DNA from: Mobula birostris
Taxonomy: Eukaryota
Assembly (NCBI RefSeq): GCF_030028105.1
Contig: NC_092387.1
Location: forward strand, 37,953,590 to 38,017,589
Length of the DNA: 64,000 nucleotides
Direction: 5' to 3'
Made by a program: the position numbers and the translations under genes. Each line of letters begins with the position of its first letter. The first letter of the stretch is position 1. Of this stretch, positions 38,860 to 51,059 are shown in pieces. The notes under the pieces are model-generated. The model was not told where the DNA came from. It ran no database searches and was given only the letters and a program-made list of their open reading frames with translations.

Positions 38860-38961
38860 CTGGAACGATGATAAGTATAAAGAAGAATTAAAGTACGTTC
38901 TGGGATGAATGCAGCTTATTCCTAATCTCATAATCCTACTATTCTATTTCCTCCCTTGCCT

Positions 38962-39785
38962 TAGAACACAGAACAGGACAGCACAGGAATAGGCTCTTTG
39001 GTGCATAATGTTGTGCTGAACTATTACTCCAATAACACCTAATTAAACAAATCTCTTTTGCCTGTACATGGTCCATATCTATTCATTTTCTGCGTATCTA
39101 TATGCCTATTTTAAATGTCTTAATCGCATCTGCCAACTCCACCATCCCTGACAGCACATTCCAGGCACCAACTAATTTATGTGAGTAACTTGCCCTGCAC
39201 TTTTTCTTTGAACTCTCCCCCCTCACCTCACATACATGCATCCTAGTGAAAGATATTTTGACCTTGGAAAAAAGATAATGAACGGCTGTTTACTCTAACT
39301 ACGCCTCTCATCATTTTATACATTTCTATCAGGTTTCCTTCAGCCTGGGTCTGTCCGTTTACCTCTATCATTACGGCCTGACCAGCTGAATTCCTTCAGC
39401 ACTTTATGTGTGTCTGCAGTTTCTCTTGTGTCCCCTCACACTCTGCCACTCCAAAAAAAAACAACCTTAGTTTGACCAAGTACTTATAGCACTTATTCTT
39501 CGATTCAGGCAGAATCCTGGTAAACCACTTCTGCATCCTCTCCAGAGTTCCCACAATATTGCAGATGTAGAACAACCAGAGTTTTATAAAGTTACCACAT
39601 AATTTCCTGACTCTTACACTTAGCACCTTGACCTGTAAAGGCAAGCATGCCATATGCCACTTTGACTCCTCAAACTTTCAGGAAGCTATGGATTTGGACT
39701 CCAAATCCATCTGTACATCAGTGACATTAAGAGTCCTGCCATTAACTGTGTACTTCCTCTTTACGTTTGACCTCCAGAAGTAACT
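38962..39785 (-). mobile_element. Degraded CR1 3' fragment
   Basis: TLERMQKWFTRILP plus a CR1 tail. Confidence 0.75.
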
Positions 39786-40668
39786 TGGGTCTTTCTACAA
39801 TGTTGTTCAATGGTATTGTTTCAGCACCACAAAGGTGCCTAATGTCCTTTCTCATGAAAATTCTCTGAGATGGGGTAGCAGAGATTGTGCATCAGGCTGA
39901 GGTGTGATGACCTTCCTGCAATAGTCACCCCAAAGGCAGGAAATTTCCCTGTAATAATTTCTGGAGAAATAGAAAACCATAACTGTCAACTCATACCTTT
40001 GACCACCAGAAGCAGAAACTGCTTGCAAATATCAGCTTTTCCCTTGCTTTCCCTCCTTCTTTTACTCTGCTGTTGGCTAAGACTGAGTCATGGAGACCAT
40101 TCGAAGCCAATTTAAAAAATGACAGATTTCCTCTGTACTGTACAAGAGCTATGCTGGCAGGATATCATTGCTATTGCATACTGATGGTGCACCTGATATA
40201 TTAAGTGGCTATGTACCTTAGAATACAAGAGGATGTGACTCTTATGTGCAATTGTCCTCATGCATGGTGGACAATATGAAGTGAGCAGAGTTGTCTAATG
40301 TAGGATAGCTAAGCCGCTCAGCTGTCTGGCATTATCCACTGGAATTTTCTGGGAATGTGTAAACCTGCTAATCATATGCAAATCGGAGGTGTCGTCATTA
40401 AGGTGAAATGGACAAACAAAAACCTTGTGTCACTGAAAAGCTCCTGATATTCGCAAACACTCTTCCGCGCACCATGTGTTACTCTCTGACCAAGGAGAAG
40501 GCAATGATTTCACTTATTTTTGCGTACAGTGTCTTTATCTCCCCTTGGATGTCACTATAGTGGCATTCAGGAACACGAGATGATTAATAACCTGTAGGTT
40601 TATTGAGCTCGGCTGCCCATTTCAGTGTAGTTCAATAAAGCTACAGGCCATTAAGGATCCCTTTTAAA

Positions 40669-40748
40669 CAGGGGTTCCCAACTGTTTTTATGCCATGGAC
40701 CAATACCATTAAGCAAGAGGTCCGTGGACCCCAGACTGGGAACCCCTG
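40669..40748. mobile_element. 80-bp hAT (Charlie-like) MITE
   Basis: TIR CAGGGGTTCCCA/TGGGAACCCCTG. Perfect 8-bp TSD cttttaaa at 40661-40668 and 40749-40756. Confidence 0.92.
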
Positions 40749-41137
40749 CTTTTAAACAATACAGACGGGAATGGAACAGAACTGGGACTCAACCTGGAGT
40801 TAAATGTCAGGTTTTCTAGCAACTCTGTTTTTCAGATTGCTGTCAAATTAGTATTCCACAAAGATTGGTATAAGCAATTGCCTGTGTTGCTTATTTCCAG
40901 TGTTCATGTACTGTATATGCAGAGTCACCGTTTAATTTGCCAAGTATTGTGTGTTACACTAAAAACGTAGGACCATGATTCAGAAGTGAATCAACATCGA
41001 TTGAACTAAAAAAGGCGTTTAACAACCTTTTATTTGTCAAGAAAGGAATAATCATTTACTCACTCAATGTAACAAGCATAATTGTGAAGTATTGACCTGT
41101 ACATTAACGATAGGGCAAACATACCAAAGTTACTAAC

Positions 41138-41245
41138 CATGAGTTTGCACTGGTTCCTCAGACACATTTTGCCAATCACTGCTCCGATCACTGAAATGGT
41201 GGTTTCCTGGACTTCCCTGCTCGCAATCTCGCCCTTAAGCTTAGC
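41138..41245 (-). CDS. mttp-like: MTTP-family exon 10 equivalent (108 bp): AKLKGEIASREVQETTISVIGAVIGKMCLRNQCKLM
   Basis: Lies within ORF 41060..41260. AG and GTTAGT boundaries. Conserved C-x4-C pair. Confidence 0.92.
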
Positions 41246-42310
41246 CTTTAAATGAAACATATCAGTCAGGTAAGTGATTACAGCAATACTTACAGTATAT
41301 AAAGCAAGCTTGGACCAGGTCTATTTTTGGGCATGTCTTGGTTCACTAGTTTCAACTTAACAGAGAATAAACTTGAGATTTACAATAGAGACTGATCATA
41401 CACTCTTTACTGCTGCCTGCAATCACAATGAGTAAACTAATGTTGTGCCCTTGAATTCAAACACTTCAGTGTTCATTTAAACTTAAAACTACTGATCTGC
41501 AAATCTTCAATACAGTAGTGGTTCAAAACAGAAATATTGTAGGGAATGGAGATAAAGCAGTAATTGGACCACATTCATTAAACTCTCCGAGATTTTTGTA
41601 TTCCTCCAATTTTGGCATCTAACAAGCTTCTATTTTTCATGGCCTGCAATTAGTACCAGCTAAAAAGATGAGTTTTATCTGCCACATGTATAATCGAGAC
41701 ATCAAAACAGTAAAATGTGTCATTTGTGTCAATGACCACCAGCGTCCAAGAATGTGCTGGGGGTAGCCCGCAAATGTCACCATATGTCTAATATAGCTGC
41801 GTACAATCCATAACACAGCTCTCCAGTTATCTACAAGAGATTCTGCAGATCCTGGAAACCTCCAGTTATCTACACATTAACCTCTGGAATTCCCATTTGC
41901 TTCCTAATCTCTGGCTCAGCTTTACTTGGTTGAGTAAACAATGTATCAAAGTTCTTTTTTGCCCAAAATTATTATGACTTTACTAGATATTGGTAATACT
42001 GGTGATACACGTAATAAAGAAACACAAAGTCTAATCTTACTAAGGAAGCTAAAGAATTTAATTTCAGTTAGGACACAAAATTAAAAGTCAATATCAGGAT
42101 TACAAAACTGCGGGATTATGGCAAAAAACTATGTTTCACAAATATTCATCAGTAAAGGAAATTGAAGAATATTTCCTTTATCGTTCCATCTTTTATCTTT
42201 CCCTGTTTGTTTTTTTCTGCGACTAACAATAAAATGAATCACCATGATAAAAGTTACTCATTTATGGTCAGTTATGGAGTGCCTACAAAATTTGTTGAAT
42301 CAGACTTTAC

Positions 42311-42445
42311 CAGCCCTGATGAAGGGTCTCGGCCTGAAACATCAACTGATTATTCACTTCCGTAGATGCTGCCTGAGCTGCTGAGTTCCTCTAACACTCA
42401 GTGTGTGTTCCTCTGGATTTCTAGCATCTACAGAATCCCTTGTGC
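42311..42445 (+). mobile_element. Penelope-derived repeat with a minimal hammerhead ribozyme core
   Basis: cagcc-CTGATGA-agggtctcggcct-GAAA-c-ATC-aactg. Confidence 0.75.
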
Positions 42446-44139
42446 TCGTGAGTAGAATTAGACATTTAAGGAGATAATCCATAACCAGCAAAATAATGTA
42501 TATCCCAATGAGGAAAAGAGATCGTAAGGGGTTTGTGAGAAAAATTCAATCACGGCTAACCAAGAAAATAAGGAGCACCAAGTTGAAAGAGATAGCATGT
42601 TAAATGGCAAAAAGTTGCTGCTGGGCTCAAAGATTTGGATAAACTCTGAATGAGTCATATTTAACACAAAGGTGGTGGTTGTGATTATTTCAGCCTCAAC
42701 ATCTCACTACAGTTGCTTTTTAGGGAGCATGTTCTCAGCACAACCATCTGCAGTCTTTATCACTTTCATATCATTATCAGTTTGCTTGTAAATTCATAAT
42801 GTTCTATGTTTGTACTCTTCAGATAATAAAGCTGTGCACAAAAATCGTATATATAGTCTGATATGTAGCAAGTAATACCATACAAGATGATCGATGAGGA
42901 CAATGTAGGAAGAGCTCCCCCAGAAAGGACAGAAGATAACAAGGCAGATGGGTATCTAATTTGTGAGGTGTTGAACACCTTCTCTTGTTTGTTGACCATT
43001 ATTGGAGCAGGGTAGGGTTAAAGTGGGAGGCTTTGGCTCAACAAGCTTCGGCAAGAACAGGCAGAGGCTCTTAAGTAAGTTTCAAGTAAGCTTTTTTTTC
43101 TCTTTCTTTCTCTATTCGTACATAGCTAGTGTACTGAGAATGGATCCAGGGTTAGTGATATGTTCTTTGTGTGAGATGTGGGAACTCTGTGAAGCCTCCA
43201 GTCTCCTTGATAACTACATCTGCAGAAAGCGCATTAAGCAGCAACTCCTTCAGGACCATATTAAGGAACTGGAGCTGCAGCTGGATGATCTTTGACTCAT
43301 GAGAAAAATGAGGAGGTGATAGATAGGAGCTGCAGGGAGGTAGTCACCCCTAAGCTGCAGGAGGCAGTTAGCTCGGTGACTGTCAGGACAGGGCAAGGGA
43401 TTAGGCAGCCAGTGAAAAGCACCCTTGTACAGTAGCCATTCCCCTCAGTGATAAGTATACCACTGTTGGGGGGAGGTGGGGAGGACAACCTACCAGAGGG
43501 AAGCCACAGTGACTGGACCTCTGACACTGATTCTGCCTCTGTTGCTCAGAAGGAAAGGGGGTGGGGTGGGGAAGAGGAGCGCAGTGGTAACAGGGGATTC
43601 CATAATTAGAAGAGCAGACAGGAGGCTCTTTGGACTTGATAGCATTCTAACCGGGAAGAGTGAACAGCCAGAAGTCATGGTACCTATGGGTACCAATGAC
43701 ATAGTAGGAAAAGGGATGAAGTCCTGAAGGGAGAATATAGGGAATGAGGTAGAAAGCTGAAAAGCAGGATCTCAAAGGTAGTAATCTCTGGATTGCTGCC
43801 TGTGCCACGTGCTAGTGAGGGTAAAAATAGGATGATTTGGCAGATGAATGTGTGGCAGAGAAACTGGTGCAGAAGGCAGGGTTTCAGATTTCTGGATCAT
43901 TAAGATCTCTTATGGGGAAGGTAGGACTTGAATACAAAGAATGGTTACACCCGAACTCGAGGGGCACCAATATCCTTTTGGGCGAGTTTGCTAGAGCTGC
44001 TGGGGAGGGCACTTTAGACTGGGATGGAGAGTGGAATGACAGGGCTGAGGTTGGGGCAGTTGTTATACAAATAGATACAATGTGTAGTGAGACTGTGAGG
44101 TAGGACGCAGATGATTAGGCAAAATTGCAGACGGTGGGA

Positions 44140-44870
44140 TGAGTAGAAGTGTAACATTGGGGCAATATTGAATAGGGTGATGACTAAAGCTGCTATATTT
44201 GTATGCACACAGTATATGGAACAAGGTAGATAAACTTGTAGAGTAGGTGGAGATTGGCAGATGTGATGTTGCATCAATGCAACTTCATAAAACTCTGGTT
44301 AAAACACATCTACTTACAGTTCCGCTTGCCCCACTATAGGAAGGGTGCTAAGGCTTTGGAGAAGACGCTGAAGAGGTTCACCAGGCTGCTGCCTGGTTTA
44401 GAGGCTATGTGCTATTACGGGAGGCTGGATAAACTTGGATTACTTTCTCTGGAGCGCCGGAGGGTGAGGGGAAATCTGATAGAGGTTTACAAGATTATGA
44501 GAGGCATAGATAGAGTGGACAGAGAGTATCTGTTTCCCAGGGTTGAAATGTCCAATACTTGAGGGCATGCATTGAAAGTGAGAGGAGGAAGGTTCAAGGG
44601 GGATGTGAGGTGTAAGTGTTTTTTTTAACTCAGAGAGTTGTGGATGCCTGGAATACACTGGCTGGTATGGTAGCAGAGGTAAATAGATTACAGGCTTCTA
44701 AGAGACATTTGGATAGGCATATGGATATAAGGAGGATGATGGAGGGATGTGGACATGGTGCAGGTGGGGGGATTAATGTTTGGGTGTTTTTGATTTACTT
44801 TTTAGCTAGTTTGGCACAACATTGTGGTCCAAATGGCCTGTCCCTGTTCCTGCTATGTTCTATGTTCTAA
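44140..44870 (+). mobile_element. CR1 3' fragment of a different subfamily, nested in the full-length CR1
   Basis: ORFs 44254..44562 and 44616..44870; (ctatgtt)n tail. Confidence 0.8.
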
Positions 44871-45153
44871 TGAGTCATGTCTAAAAGAAGATCATAGTTC
44901 TGAGTTTAACATCTAAGGATACAAGTTGTATCAAAAGGACAAGCAGGTGGGCAGAGAGGGTGGTGTGGCTCTGTTGGTAAATAATTAAATCGAATCATTA
45001 GAAAGAGGTGACATAGGATTGAAAGATGTAGAATCCTTGTGGGTAGAGTTAAGGAACTGCAAGGGTAAAAAGAATGTGATGGGTATTACTGTATATCCAG
45101 GTCTCCAAACAGTAGCCAGGATGTGGGCTGCAAAATTACAACAGGTGGTAGAA

Positions 45154-45475
45154 GTAAAGTAAGTAAAGGCATCCGTTAGTCTTGCAAGACCATGGATCTG
45201 CACCTGGAAAGTCTTCACTCTCCAGGGCGCAGGCCTGGGCAAAGTTGTACGGAAGACCGGCAGTTGCCCATGCTGCAAGTTTCCCCTCTCCACGACACCA
45301 ATGTTGTCCAAGGGAAGGGCAAGGGCCGATACAGCTTGGCACCAGTGTCGTCGCAGAGCACTGTGTGGTTAAGTGCCTTGCTCAAGGACACAACACATTG
45401 CCTTGGCTGGGGCTCGAACTCACAACCTTCAGATTGCTAGTCAAATGCCTTAACCACTTGGTCACGTGCCCACAC
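45154..45475 (-). mobile_element. tRNA-headed SINE with an RTE-type body and tail
   Basis: Head GTGACCAAGTGGTTAAGG...GAGTTCGAGCCC, (TTAC)n tail, TSD gtggtagaa (45145-45153) and gtgatagaa (45476-45484). Confidence 0.85.
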
Positions 45476-45907
45476 GTGATAGAAAAGGTATGTCAAAAGG
45501 GCAATATTACGATAGTCACGGGAGATTTCAATATGCAGCAAGATTAGGAAAACCAGGTTGGTGCTGGATCCCAAGAGAGGGAATTTTTAGAGTGCTTACA
45601 AGATGGCTTTTTAGAGCAGCCTGTAATTGAGGCCGCTAGAGAAAGGCATCTCTGAACTGGGTGCTGTATAATGAATCAGATTTGATTAGGGAGCTTAAGG
45701 AAAATGAACCATTAGCAGAAAGTGATTGTAAAATGATTGAATTCATCCTAAAATTTGAGAAGGAGTAGCTAAAGTCAGATGTATCAATATTTCCATGGAG
45801 TAAAGGGAATTACAGAGGCATAAGAGAAGAGCTGGCTAAAGTTGAATGGAAGGGGACACTAGCAGGGATGATGGCAGAACAGCAATAGCTGTTGTTTCTG
45901 GGAGCAA

Positions 45908-48900
45908 AGTTCAAAGTTCAAAGCTGAAAGTTATGTTATTATCAAAGTACATATGTGTCACCATACATAACCCTGAGATTCATAATAAACCCATAATAGA
46001 ATAATAACCATAATATAATCAATGACAGGCCACACCAATTTAGACATTCAACCAGTGTACAAAAGAGAACAAACTGCAAATACAAAAAGAAAGAAAGAAT
46101 AATAATAAATAAATAGGCAATAAATATTGAGAACGTGAGATGAAGAGTCTTGAAAGTGAGACCAGAGGCTGTGGGAATATTTCAATGATGGGGCAAGTGA
46201 AGTTGAATGTAGTTAACCCTTTGGTTCAAGAGCCTGATGGTTGAGGGATAGTAATTGTTCCTGAACCTGGTAGTTTGAGTCCTGAAGCTCCTGTACCTTC
46301 TTCCCAATAACAGCAGTGAGAAGAGAGCATGCCCTGGGTGGCTGGGGTCCCTGATGATGGATGCTGCTTTCCTGAGACAACGCTTTGTGGAGATGTGCTC
46401 AATGGTGGGAGGGCTTTTATACATTGTGGGGGACTGGGCCATATACACTACTTCTTGTAGGATTTTCCATTCAAGGGCGATGGTGTTTCCATACCAGGCT
46501 TTGATGCAGAATGTCAACATACTCTCCACCACATACTGTATCTATAGAAGTTTGTCAAAGTTTTAGATGTCAAACCAAATCTTTGCAAACTCCTAAGGAA
46601 GTAGAGGCGCTGTCATGCTTTCTATGTAATTGCCCTACGTGCTGGGCCCAGGACAGGTCCTCCACAGTGATAACGCCAAGGAATTTCACGTTGCTGACCT
46701 TCACTACCTCTGATCCTCCAAGGAGAAGTGGCTCTTGAACCTCTGGTATCCTCCTCCTGAAAGCAATAATCAGCTCCTCAGTCTTGCTGACATTGAGTGA
46801 CAGATTGTTGTTACGGCACCACTCAGCCAGGTTTTCAATCTCCCTCCTATTCGCTGATTCATCACCACCTTTACTTCAGCCTACGATAGTAGTGTCCTCA
46901 GCAAACTTGAATATGGCTTTGGTGCGGTGCTTAGCTACACAGCCATAGGTGTAAAACGAGTAGAGCAAGGAGCTAAGCACACAGGCTTGTAGAGCACCTG
47001 TGCTGCTGGGGATTATGGAGGAGATGTTGTTGCCAGTCTGAACCTACTGGAGTCTGCAAGTGAGGAAATCAAGAATCCAATTGCACAAGGATATATTGAG
47101 GCCAAGGTCTTGAAGCTTATTGGTTAAGTTTAGGGGGTTGATGGTATTGAATGCTGAGCTGTAGATGAGAAAGAGCATCCTGATGTATGCATCTTTGCTG
47201 TCTTCATGTTCCAGTTGAGTAAGAAACCAATTAGATGGCATCTACTGTGGGCCTGTTGCTCCAGTGGGCAAACTGGAGTGGATCCAAGTCGCTTCTCAGG
47301 CAGAAGTTGACATATTTCATCACCAACCTCTCAAAAAACTTCATTGTTGTGGATGTTCCCTGTCTGGGCTAGATGCTTCCTTGATTTCACCCTCCTGAAT
47401 GCTGCTCACACTTCAGCCTCAGAAACTGAAGTCACAGGATCATTGGAAGTTTGTGACGGCCCCTCCGTGTTTTGACGGTCAAAGCAAACATAGAATGCAT
47501 TGAGGTCACCTAGACGCAAAGCCCTGTTGTCACCTATGTTGCTTGATTCCACTTTGTGAGAGGTGATAACATACAAGCCCTGGCACAGCTGTCAAGCATT
47601 CTACGTTGGTTCAGGTTTAGTCTGGAATTGCCACTTCATCTCTGAGATGGTTTTTCGGAGACTGCACTCGAACTTCTTGTACTTGTTTGGTCAGCAGGCT
47701 TGAATGACTCTGATCTGGCCCTCAGCAGATTGCAGATCTCATGGTTCATCCAGGGCTTCTGGTGGGGGAAGACTCTGAGTGATTTTGTGGGGACACACTT
47801 GTCTGCAACTGTTTTCATAAAGTCCGTGACAACCACGGTGTATTCATTCAGATCCACAGATGAGTCCTTGAACACAGCCCAGTCCACTGACTCAATGCAA
47901 TCCCATAGCCGCTTCTCTGCTTCCCATGGCCATTTCCTTGTTGTTCTAATCCCTAGGGCTTTGCTCTTTAGCCCCTACCTGTATTCAGGTAAGAGAAGGA
48001 GAAGCAAGAGATCAGATTTAATGAAGTGCAGTCTGGGCATGGAATGGAAGGCATTCCTTACCTTAGTGTAACAGTGGGCTAGTGTGTTGGGATCTCTACA
48101 GGTTATATGCTGATGGTAATTGGGCAGGATTTTCTTCAAACAGGCCTGGTTGAAGTCTCTATCCATGATTTAAAATGCATTGAGATGGACTGTTTCTTGT
48201 TCGGACATGGCATCATGCAGTATCTCAAGTGCTTGATTATAGTCGATCACTTGATTATAGTATGTAAACTCCAGTGGGGATCATGGATGAGAATTCTCAA
48301 AGTAAAATAGAATGGACGTAAACTCCAGTGGGAATCATGGATGAGAACTCTCTAAGTAAATAGAATGGATGGCATTTGATTGTTAAGTGTTCAAGAATGG
48401 GGAACACAAGTTCGATAAAACTGCCACATCGGAGCACCACTGAGAGTTTGTCGTGAAATATACACCTCCACCTTTTTGTATTTTCTGCATCAGCAGTTCA
48501 GTCCATCCTGTGAATCAAGAAGCCTTCAGATCCGATTGATGTATCTGCTGTGCTGGAAATAAGTCACATCTCAGTCAAACATAGAACACAACAACCTTTC
48601 ATTTCCCTCTGGACAGCTATTTTTTTCCCAAGGTCCTCAATTTTGTTCCCCAGCGACTGCATATTTGCTAAAATGATGCTGGATAGAGGTGGTCTCATTC
48701 ATCTGAGTTTCAGCCTGGCTTGGAGTCCAACCCCTCCTTCTGCCTCGTTTCCAGCCACGGCGATGAACCCTCATCTGCTTAAAGGTGCTATATCTGCTTT
48801 CTTGAGAGCCGAGTCGTGAAATCTGTAGATCATTGTCAATTTAAGGGGAAATCACATGCTGCAAGATTGCAGTGGGAGCAATTCAAAAGAGGTATATTTA

Positions 48901-48957
48901 GAAGCTTTGTACATAGCCCACAGGACTTCGCCACAGTTCACCAGCACCCTCCTGAAT
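45908..48957 (-). mobile_element. Near full-length decayed Rex1/Babar LINE nested in CR1
   Basis: Minus-strand ORF remnants ([35 protein letters not shown]), (gaacttt)n tail, TSD agcaa at 45903-45907 and 48958-48962. Confidence 0.88.
48264..48370. repeat. About 54-bp tandem duplication inside the Rex1 EN region
   Basis: gtaaactccagtggg.atcatggatgagaa.tctc.aagtaaa.tagaatgga occurs twice. Confidence 0.9.
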
Positions 48958-50780
48958 AGCAATTCAGAAGGTACAGGATAGATAAATCCCAAAGAATAAG
49001 GAGAATTCTAAAGGGGGAATGAGGGAGCCATGGCTGACAAGGGAAGTCAAAGATAGCATAAAAACAAAACAAAAGAGGGAACATATAATAGAGCAAAAAG
49101 TAATGGAAAATTAGAGGATTGGGAAACTTTTAAAAGTCAACAGAAGGCAACCAAAAAAAGCTGTGAGGAGAGAAAAGATGAAATATGAAAATAAGCTAGC
49201 CAATAATATAAAAAAAGATACCGAAATACTTTTCAGATATATAAAGAGTAAAAGAGGGGCAAGAACGGATATTGGAGCACTGGAAAATGGTGTTGCAGAA
49301 GTTGTAATGGGGGTAAAGAAACTGTGGAATAACTTTTGTGTCAGTCTTCACTATGGAAGACATTAGCAGTATGCCAGAAATTCAAGAGTGTCAGGGGGCA
49401 GAAGTGAAAGTTATTGCTGTTACTAAGGAGAAGGTACTTGGGAAGCTGAAGGGTCTGAAGGTGGTTAAGTCACCTGGACCAGGTAGACCACACTTGAGGG
49501 TTCTGAACGAGGTCGCTGAATAGATTATGGAGTCATTAGTAATGATTTTTCAAAAATCACTAGATTCTGGAATGGTTCTGGAGGACTGGAAATTGCAAAT
49601 ACCAATCCAATCTTTAAGAAAGGAGGGAGGCAAAAATAGAAATTATTGGCCAGTTGGCCTGACTTCAATCGTTGGGATACTTGGTGGCACTTGATAAACT
49701 AGCCCAAAGTCAGTATTATTTCCTTAAAGGGAAATCTTGCCTGATAAATCTGTTGGAATCCTTTGTGGAAATAACAGGTAGGATAGACAAAGGTTAGACA
49801 GTGCATGTTCTTTACTTGGATTTTCAGAAGGCCTTTGACAAGATACCACATATGAAGCTGCTTACCAGGATAAGGACTCATGGTATTGCAAGAAAGATAC
49901 TTGTATTATAGAAGATTGGCTTACTGGCAGGAGAAAGAGAGTGGGAATAAGGGGGGCCTTTTCTGTTTGGCTGCCAGTTACTAGTGGTGTTCTGCACAGG
50001 TCAGTATTGGGACCACTTCCTTTCATGTTATATGTTCATGATTTGGATGAAGAAATTGATGGTTTTATGGCCAAGTTTGTGGATGATACAAAGAAAGGTG
50101 GAGGGGTTGGTAGGATGAGGAAGAGGGAATCTGCATTAATGACACTGACAGATTAGGAGAATGTACACAGTAGTGGAAGATGGGATGTAGTGTAGAGATG
50201 TATATGGTTAGGCACTTCAGCAGAAGGAATAAATGCATAGACTATTTTGTAAATGGGGAGAAAATTCAAAAGTCAAAGGTACAAAAGGACTTGGGAGTCC
50301 TCAGCTGAGGCTTTACAAGGCATTGGCCAGACTGCATTGTATTATGAGCAGATCTGAGCCTTCTATCTAATAAAAGATGTCCTGGCTTTGGAGAGGGTAC
50401 AGAGGAGATTCACGAGGATGATTCAGGGAATAAAAGGTTTAATGTACGAGGAGCATTTAATGGCTCTGGGCTTGCACTCACTGGAGTTTAGAAGAACGGG
50501 GGTGAGGAGTGGGTTCTCACTGTAACCTATCGAATATTGAAAGGCCTAGACAGAGTGGATGTGGAGAGGATGTTTCCTATAGCAGGGGAGTCTAGGACCA
50601 GAGGGCACAGCCTCAGAATAGATGGATGTCCTTTTAGATGAGGAGAAATTTCTTTTAGCCAGAGGGTGGAGAATCTGTTGAATTCATTGCTACAGACGTT
50701 TGTGGAAGCCAAGTCATTGGGTGTGTTTAAAGCCGAGGTTGATAAATTTTAGATAGTCAAGGCATCAAAGGTTACAGGGA

Positions 50781-50920
50781 ACACACATCAAAGTCTAAGG
50801 GTCTCAGCCTGAAACATTGACTGTACCTCTTCCTAGAGATGCTGCCTGGCCTGCTGCGTTCACCAGTGAACGTTTCATGTGTGTTGCTTGAATTTCCAGC
50901 ATCTGCAGAATTCCTAGTGT
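50781..50920 (+). mobile_element. 140-bp Penelope-derived insert with a perfect 14-bp TSD
   Basis: aaaggttacaggga at 50767-50780 and 50921-50934 flanks PLE terminal-repeat sequence. Confidence 0.88.
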
Positions 50921-51059
50921 AAAGGTTACAGGGAGAAGGCAGAAGAATGGGGTTGAGTGGGGTAATACATCAGCCATGATGAAATGATGGAGCAGATTCA
51001 ATATGCCGAGTGACCCAAATCTGCTCCTATATCTTATGGTCTTATAGTGTGGCCTCGTG

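Larger units (their letters stand above)
43000..51045 (+). mobile_element. Full-length CR1 LINE (ORF1 zinc finger and SGNH esterase; ORF2 EN-RT) fragmented by at least 4 nested insertions
   Basis: ORF1 remnants: CSLCEMWE..YICRK..KELELQLDDL, VVTGDSIIR, MGTNDI, LHPN. EN at 44870-45900 (TGDFN). RT at 48963-50750. Tail tcttatggtcttat at about 51045. Confidence 0.88.
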
